From: a virus | Lineage: Duplodnaviria > Heunggongvirae > Uroviricota > Caudoviricetes | DNA: 64,000 nucleotides | Virus record (IMG/VR): IMGVR_UViG_3300037129_000090 | Reading direction: 5' to 3' (one strand) | Shown here: one piece after another, positions 59,449 to 64,000 of the stretch | How positions within the stretch are numbered: position 1 is the first letter of the stretch | Layout of the letters: each line of letters starts with the position of its first letter | The notes under the pieces: generated by a model | Told to the model about the DNA's origin: nothing | Seen by the model: only the letters and a program-made list of their open reading frames with translations | Database searches by the model: none | Translations under genes and position numbers: made by a program

Positions 59449-59715
59449 TTAATTGTTCTTAGGTCTCTCAGCCTCTAGCTTTATGTAAGTTTTACCTTGA
59501 CATGGGGAAGATTCACAAACAACCTTAAAGCCGTCCTTCCTCATTTCCCGCGCAAATCTGTTTCTTACCTTTGTATAGTCCGTATCGTCTTTATCAAGCC
59601 AATAAACATCTACTTTATCAAATTTTTCCAGATATTCAGCCGGATAACATCTGCTACTCCACTCTTGCGCGCCCTCCGCTATTGCTTTTGTGTTCCATTC
59701 TTCTTGTGTTGCCAT
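59449..59715 (-). CDS. hypothetical small protein
   Basis: ORF only. Confidence 0.5.
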   Translation of the reverse strand: MATQEEWNTKAIAEGAQEWSSRCYPAEYLEKFDKVDVYWLDKDDTDYTKVRNRFAREMRKDGFKVVCESSPCQGKTYIKLEAERPKNN

Positions 59716-59761
59716 GTTATTTATCTCCTTGATAGTGAAAAAAATTATTTTGTGATTTTAT

Positions 59762-60085
59762 TTAACATTCTCTTCTTAATCTCCTTTTTATGAAATTTAA
59801 TTCGCTTGTATAGTCTTGCCCTGCACAATATCCCTCTTTTGATACCCGCCTGTAGATACCGATATTTTCAGGAAGGTTATCAGGTGACATTCTTCTTATT
59901 GCTCTTGCGATTTCTGATTTTTGACTTCTGCACGTTTCGAGAAGCGCGTCCTTGATTTCCTCAAGGTATTTAATTTGCTCATCATCGGTCATGTCTCTCC
60001 ATCCTTCTTTTTCAAGGATTCTTTTACCTATGACGTTTTCAAGTGATACATGTAATTTAAATTCTCTTCTTGCTCTTCCTTCCAT
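59762..60085 (-). CDS. hypothetical protein
   Basis: Preceded by the conserved promoter/operator module. Confidence 0.5.
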   Translation of the reverse strand: MEGRARREFKLHVSLENVIGKRILEKEGWRDMTDDEQIKYLEEIKDALLETCRSQKSEIARAIRRMSPDNLPENIGIYRRVSKEGYCAGQDYTSELNFIKRRLRREC

Positions 60086-60094
60086 GCTTTTTAT

Positions 60095-60180
60095 CTCCTT
60101 GTTATTGTGAAAATTTGTTTTGTGGTTTGCATTTCACCACAAAAGATAATAGTACATTTTAGTATTTAAGCCTTGTTATT
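60095..60180 (-). promoter_or_regulatory. conserved promoter module: ATAACAAG-GCTTAAATA (TATA-like) - N17 - palindromic operator TTTTGTGGT-N9-ACCACAAAA - SD
   Basis: Copy 1 of at least 4 near-identical modules (others at 60655..60735, 61905..61995, 63200..63300). Confidence 0.5.
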
Positions 60181-60189
60181 TTGTCCTTG

Positions 60190-60636
60190 TTAAATTTTTG
60201 TAGGGACAATAAGCGTGCCCCTGATACCGAATGAGTCTCTCCTTAGTTGTTCTAATGTCTGAGCCTCTTCTATTTCTTCCGGTGTTATTGTTCCCACTCT
60301 GCATTTATCTATTAAATCATTCAACCGCTGCAATTCGTTAAATCTGAATTGCCTTAGTTGGATAGTGTTGCCGCCCTTAGCTTTTATGGTTTCAGCCAAT
60401 TGTGAATATGTCTTACCTTCCTGTTTTTTCCAGTAATCAGTTTTTTCATTAAATTGTTTTCGTATTTCGCTTTTATCGCCTGTAGGGTCAAATGTGAAAA
60501 TTTCAAGTGTGATACATTCAAATGAATTCACACCGAATTCTCCCGATACTGCAAATGCATCATTCGCTATCTGTTGGCTTGATACACATCTTAGCGTTCT
60601 TCTTTTAATCTGGTTGCTTATGTCTTTTCCTTCCAT
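60190..60636 (-). CDS. hypothetical protein
   Basis: Preceded by promoter/operator module copy 2. Confidence 0.5.
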   Translation of the reverse strand: MEGKDISNQIKRRTLRCVSSQQIANDAFAVSGEFGVNSFECITLEIFTFDPTGDKSEIRKQFNEKTDYWKKQEGKTYSQLAETIKAKGGNTIQLRQFRFNELQRLNDLIDKCRVGTITPEEIEEAQTLEQLRRDSFGIRGTLIVPTKI

Positions 60637-60654
60637 TTGTAAAACCTCTTAATT

Positions 60655-60735
60655 GTTTTGTTTGTGGGTTTTATTTTACCACAAACAATAAAGCATATTT
60701 AACTATTTAAGCCTTGTTATCTTGTCTTTGTTAGA
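60655..60735 (-). promoter_or_regulatory. conserved promoter/operator module, copy 2 (TTTGTGGG-N9-TACCACAAAC)
   Basis: See copy 1. Confidence 0.5.
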
Positions 60736-61143
60736 TTAAAGTCTGCAAAAAGCCTAGAGTAAAGCTGATAGTACAATAAGCAACATAGCAGAGTAAAGCA
60801 ATTTCATAAGGATTATTTGTATTGATACTCATTTCAAGCACTCCTTAAACTCTTTATATTTTTTCTGAACCATTTGCTGTTTTCGTTTTTCTGGTATTCC
60901 TTTTCTTCTTTCATTAAAGCCTTGTATTCTAACATATCAGCTTTTTCTATTTGTATTTTCATGTTTACCGCCCCGAATTAAAATTTAAGGTTTTTACAAG
61001 TATAGGATAGTCCGGTTAATCTGCTTAGTTCTTCCGCTTCTTCTTGATTCAATCCTCTACAATTGAGAATATCAAACAGCATAGTTATTTTTTCGCTTAT
61101 TGATAATTTCCATTTACCGTTTATGTATTTCATGTTTACCGCC

Positions 61144-61452
61144 TCAGAAATTATAATCATAAAACTTTACTGGAACATCAGAAATAATATGTTTACCGTA
61201 TTTACTCCAATAAAAGCCGTCTTTCCTCATATAAGCTTTTATTAATGGGTTGTTTTCGTTTTGCGCTATTATCCATTCTTGTTTATTGTTATTCGTACAA
61301 ATTGCAGAGAAGCCGCCTTCAACGTATTCAGGTTTAAAAGCCTTCTCAAATTGCATTTGTCTTATTGTTATTGTTTTTTTCGTTTCCTTTATTACTTCAA
61401 AAGGTACAATATCAGAATATCCATGTAAGTTAGCATATTTTTTTTCTTCCAT
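61144..61452 (-). CDS. hypothetical protein
   Basis: ORF only. Confidence 0.45.
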   Translation of the reverse strand: MEEKKYANLHGYSDIVPFEVIKETKKTITIRQMQFEKAFKPEYVEGGFSAICTNNNKQEWIIAQNENNPLIKAYMRKDGFYWSKYGKHIISDVPVKFYDYNF

Positions 61453-61475
61453 GTTAACCGCTTCCTGAAAAAGGA

Positions 61476-61748
61476 TTAATAGAAGTTATAAGCTTTTACC
61501 GCGTCACCGCTTGCATGAAGCTTAATTAAAATGTGGTCGTCGTATCCGTCAAACCCTTCCATAAACTTTGGAGGGTTCACACAATACACTTTATTATGCA
61601 AGTTCATTATTTCGTCTAAGAAGTATTTGTTACCTCTGAATACAAAATAACTTCTACAGTCTTCCTCTTCACTCTCAGGAACATCAGTCTGAATTTCAAG
61701 CCAATGTTCGTTTCCGGTTATTGTAACACCGTCTATTGTTTTCTTCAT
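61476..61748 (-). CDS. hypothetical small protein
   Basis: Upstream tandem AAATCAAGTTATAATA repeats. Confidence 0.5.
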   Translation of the reverse strand: MKKTIDGVTITGNEHWLEIQTDVPESEEEDCRSYFVFRGNKYFLDEIMNLHNKVYCVNPPKFMEGFDGYDDHILIKLHASGDAVKAYNFY

Positions 61749-61774
61749 TCTTTAAAACCTCTTATTTTATTATG

Positions 61775-61820
61775 ACTTGATTTTATTATAACTTGATTTT
61801 ATTATAACTTGATTTAAGTA
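61775..61820. repeat. tandem direct repeat, 16-bp unit acttgattttattata x about 3
   Basis: Perfect copies at 61775..61790 and 61791..61806, partial third copy. Lies between the tRNA-Asp 3' end and the next gene start. Confidence 0.6.
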
Positions 61821-61827
61821 TCAAGTA

Positions 61828-61899
61828 CGCCAATGTCGGGAATTGAACCCAAATCCAAACGCCGACAACGTTTGATGATAGCCATTACACTACATTGGC
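61828..61899 (-). tRNA. tRNA-Asp (anticodon GTC), no encoded CCA
   Basis: Manual fold of the reverse complement GCCAATGTAGTGTAATGGCTATCATCAAACGTTGTCGGCGTTTGGATTTGGGTTCAATTCCCGACATTGGCG: 7-bp acceptor, D-loop with GG, perfect anticodon stem AAACG/CGTTT with loop TTGTCGG, T-arm TTGGG-TTCAATT-CCCGA, discriminator G. Confidence 0.75.
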
Positions 61900-61904
61900 A
61901 TTTA

Positions 61905-61995
61905 CTTTTATTTAACCTCTTATCTGTTTTGTGGTTTGCATTTTACCACAAACATTAAAGAACGTTTCAATATTTAAAGCTTGTTATTCGTATTT
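61905..61995 (-). promoter_or_regulatory. conserved promoter/operator module, copy 3, upstream of tRNA-Asp (GCTTTAAATA ... TTTGTGGT-N9-ACCACAAAA)
   Basis: Same module as copies 1-2 and the plus-strand copy at 63200..63300. Confidence 0.5.
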
Positions 61996-62159
61996 TGTTA
62001 GTTTTCTGGTAAAACGCTATTTTTAGCTTAAACAGCCTAAGTATAGCGTTTTACCATTTGGATAGTGACAAATATGATAGAATCAATTTTCTGTATATCG
62101 TTTCTGGTAATGTGGTTTCTCCTTCCTAATGGATTTTAGTTATCAGTCAATCTTCTATA

Positions 62160-63180
62160 CGCATATGCGCCCGCGTATATGTCACTTGTATGTGATCATG
62201 TCACACGTACTTGTATTCGTGTTATACGCGCATATCCGCGCATATGTGCCCATGTCATACGTATATGCGCCATTTCATTAATGCGCCCGCGCATGTTAAA
62301 ACGCGCCCGCGTATTAATTAATGCGTAATGCGTATGTCAAAAGGCTATATAGCTGATATATCCGATTTGATACGTTTAATATATCAGCTTTCCATACTAT
62401 TTAGCTTATGTTTTACTACCTATTCTTATCATTCCTCCATGATTCGATACTACTACAAATACCTCTGAGAATATAAAGCTTTCGTATGGTATGCTGTTAT
62501 TTTAGAATGTAGTATCTCATATATAACGCACTCGCATGATACGTATTATGCGCCCGCGTAATATGCGCCCGCGTGTATTATACGTATAGCGCATAATGCG
62601 CGTAATGTAGCAACCAATAGATTTATATGCAATAATGCCATAGTAATTGTATCGAATTTAAGCTAAAACAACAAAAAACACTATACGCGGGCGCGCATAA
62701 TGCGTATATGCGTATATAAAGGAGATTTGAAACATGGATATATTTGTATCTGGATTTATAGCGGGATTTATAGGTACTTTGTACGTAATCATTAATATTA
62801 GTAGTATATTGATAAACCTTAAAGCCATATTTGCTAAACGTACATAACGCGGGCATAATACGTATGCGGGCGCGTTTAATACGTATGCGTGTACGTATAA
62901 GACGCGGGCGCGATATACGTATATACGCGCATAATACGTTATGCAACGCGGGCGCGCATGATACGCATACGTATAATACGTTATGCGCGCATAATATACG
63001 TTATGTGTACGTATAGGCTTTAAGGTTTAATCTGAAAGTCTTATATATACGTATGCGTTATAATACGCGGGCGGGCGCGCATATATAGAGAGAATTAAGG
63101 CAAAAAGCAATAAATCAGGCTTTTTGAGTAATTCCCTATACGCGGGCGCGCATATAATAATATAACGCGGGCGCGCATAT
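62160..63180. repeat. array of about 13 GC-rich 10-bp motifs CGCGGGCGCG (each flanked by ATRCG/CGYAT) in inverted orientation around about 62630; putative origin/iteron or protein-binding array
   Basis: C-strand orientation (GCGCCCGCG) at about 62168, 62283, 62303, 62551, 62567. G-strand orientation at about 62690, 62868, 62904, 62948, 63064 (extended GGGCGGGC), 63142, 63168. A roughly 200-bp AT-rich motif-free gap at 62320..62545. Sits at the strand-switch point. Confidence 0.6.
62734..62847 (+). CDS. possible 37-aa hydrophobic peptide embedded in the repeat array
   Basis: Strong SD AAGGAGAT 7 nt before the ATG; sequence MDIFVSGFIAGFIGTLYVIINISSILINLKAIFAKRT. Confidence 0.3.
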   Translation: MDIFVSGFIAGFIGTLYVIINISSILINLKAIFAKRT

Positions 63181-63199
63181 AATGACGTAAAATAGCTTA

Positions 63200-63300
63200 A
63201 ACTTAGCTAAAAAGGATAAAACCAATAGCTTTAAATAGATTACTTGCATTAGTCTTATTGTGGTACGATTTACCACAAAACAACAAAATAAGGAGATAAC
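63200..63300 (+). promoter_or_regulatory. conserved promoter/operator module, plus-strand copy (GCTTTAAATAG ... TTGTGGTA-cgattt-ACCACAAAACAA - AAGGAGAT) driving the GHKL ATPase gene
   Basis: Aligns base-for-base with the minus-strand copies. Confidence 0.5.
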
Positions 63301-63305
63301 AAGCG

Positions 63306-64000
63306 ATGCAACAAGAAATAATGGAAAATCGAGAAATAGCTAGAATCAAGGTAGATTTTAACTATTTCAAAACATGTGCAAAAAGAGAATATACGCAAAA
63401 ATTACCGGTAATCTGGATTAGGGAAGCATTGCAGAATTCGACCGATGCGGGCGCGGAAAACGTTTGGATTGAGTTAACCGATGACGAAATTACCTTTACA
63501 GATGACGGAAAAGGTATGGATTCAAATATCATTAACAATAAGCTGTTAACTCTCGGCGGGTCATTAAAAGACGCGGGCGCGGTCGGGGGATTTGGAAAAG
63601 CAAAAGAAGTTTTGTTTTTCTGCCATGAAGAATGGAGTATTACAAGCTGTCCGAATAAAAATACTAAATACTTCATTAATCACCAAATGATTGACAAAGT
63701 ACCAATAAGGATCACTAAGGGCGAATTTACTAAGGGAACAGAAATAAAAATAAAATATGATCCTAACGAATGTAATAAACAAACATGGGCTTCATGTATA
63801 AGGGACTTTGTTTCAACCTGTAGTACAAAAACTAAAATCTTCCTTAACTGCGATGAATTAGTTAAATTGGAAAATAGAGGAAAATGCATTGAGTATGACA
63901 TAGGAACACTCAGGATAAACAAAAGTAAGAAAACTAATAATGTCTATGTAAGAATAAGAGGAATTACAATGTTCTCCTTTTCGTCATGGGGAGACATTGA
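63306..64000 (+). CDS. GHKL-superfamily ATPase (MutL/Hsp90/MORC-like Bergerat fold), 5' partial, runs off the window
   Basis: Motif N IREALQNSTDAGA and motif G1 DDGKGMD; a second Gly-rich segment GGSLKDAGAVGGFGK. Confidence 0.7.
   Translation, partial: MQQEIMENREIARIKVDFNYFKTCAKREYTQKLPVIWIREALQNSTDAGAENVWIELTDDEITFTDDGKGMDSNIINNKLLTLGGSLKDAGAVGGFGKAKEVLFFCHEEWSITSCPNKNTKYFINHQMIDKVPIRITKGEFTKGTEIKIKYDPNECNKQTWASCIRDFVSTCSTKTKIFLNCDELVKLENRGKCIEYDIGTLRINKSKKTNNVYVRIRGITMFSFSSWGDI

Noticed and set aside
62623-62946. 107-aa minus-strand ORF in the ORF track
   Set aside because: It lies entirely inside the repeat array and its amino-acid sequence is just the repeats translated (RIRIKRARIRI...). 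It is almost certainly spurious.
62160-63180. Possible CRISPR array, because of many copies of a GC-rich repeat
   Set aside because: Repeats are only about 10-16 bp, spacing is irregular (16 to about 180 bp), orientation inverts mid-array, and no cas genes are nearby. It behaves like an iteron or binding-site array, not a CRISPR.
1-64000. Alternative genetic code (for example TGA or TAG recoding, as in some megaphages)
   Set aside because: Long ORFs are intact with standard stops. Genes end on TAA, TGA and TAG with terminator hairpins right after. There is no sign of recoding.
1-64000. rRNA genes, integrase/att sites, capsid/terminase genes
   Set aside because: No sequence with rRNA-like conserved blocks. 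No tyrosine-integrase motifs (only the IS607 serine recombinase). No recognisable major capsid, portal or terminase motifs in this window. Structural genes presumably lie outside it.

Overview
This AT-rich window (roughly 35% GC by eye) reads like part of a large virus or other extrachromosomal mobile element rather than core chromosome. Genes are compact and mostly Shine-Dalgarno-led (GGAGGTGAT-like, matching the 16S 3' end). A plus-strand block runs from about 1.3 to 35.6 kb and a minus-strand block of many small genes from about 43 to 62 kb. The strands diverge around a GC-rich repeat array at 62.1-63.2 kb.

Recognisable content:
- Replication: a D5-like primase-helicase, an XPD/Rad3 Fe-S helicase, an AEP primase-polymerase and a HARP-SNF2 annealing helicase.
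- Nucleotide metabolism: a dCTP deaminase/dUTPase-fold enzyme, a thymidylate-kinase-like kinase, a ThyA-family pyrimidine (hydroxy)methylase and a DHH/DHHA1 phosphoesterase.
- DNA modification: a QueE radical-SAM enzyme split by an HNH intein (7-deazaguanine pathway) and a beta-class SPPY DNA methyltransferase split by a LAGLIDADG intein.
- Nucleases: a Cas4-like nuclease and a free-standing HNH endonuclease.
- Other proteins: a flotillin/SPFH pair, a Fic protein, and a 2178-aa secreted ConA-like/MBG-like/PKD surface protein extremely rich in N-x-S/T sequons.
- Mobile elements and RNAs: three TnpB genes (one with an IS607 serine-recombinase TnpA), whose downstream RNA modules show covarying hairpins; two tRNAs (Asp-GTC, His-GTG) lacking encoded CCA; and a partial GHKL ATPase at the right edge.

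Recurrent promoter motifs (TAACAAG...TTTAAATA / TATATATA) and the sequon-rich surface protein point to an archaeal host. This is inference, not proof.

Most novel-looking candidates:
1. The 62.1-63.2 kb inverted array of about 13 CGCGGGCGCG motifs, flanked by at least four copies of a conserved promoter-plus-palindromic-operator module (one driving tRNA-Asp). It looks like an origin/control region.
2. The dispersed pyrimidine hypermodification gene set.
3. The TnpB-omegaRNA trio, including two paralogs whose zinc finger is lost or degenerate.
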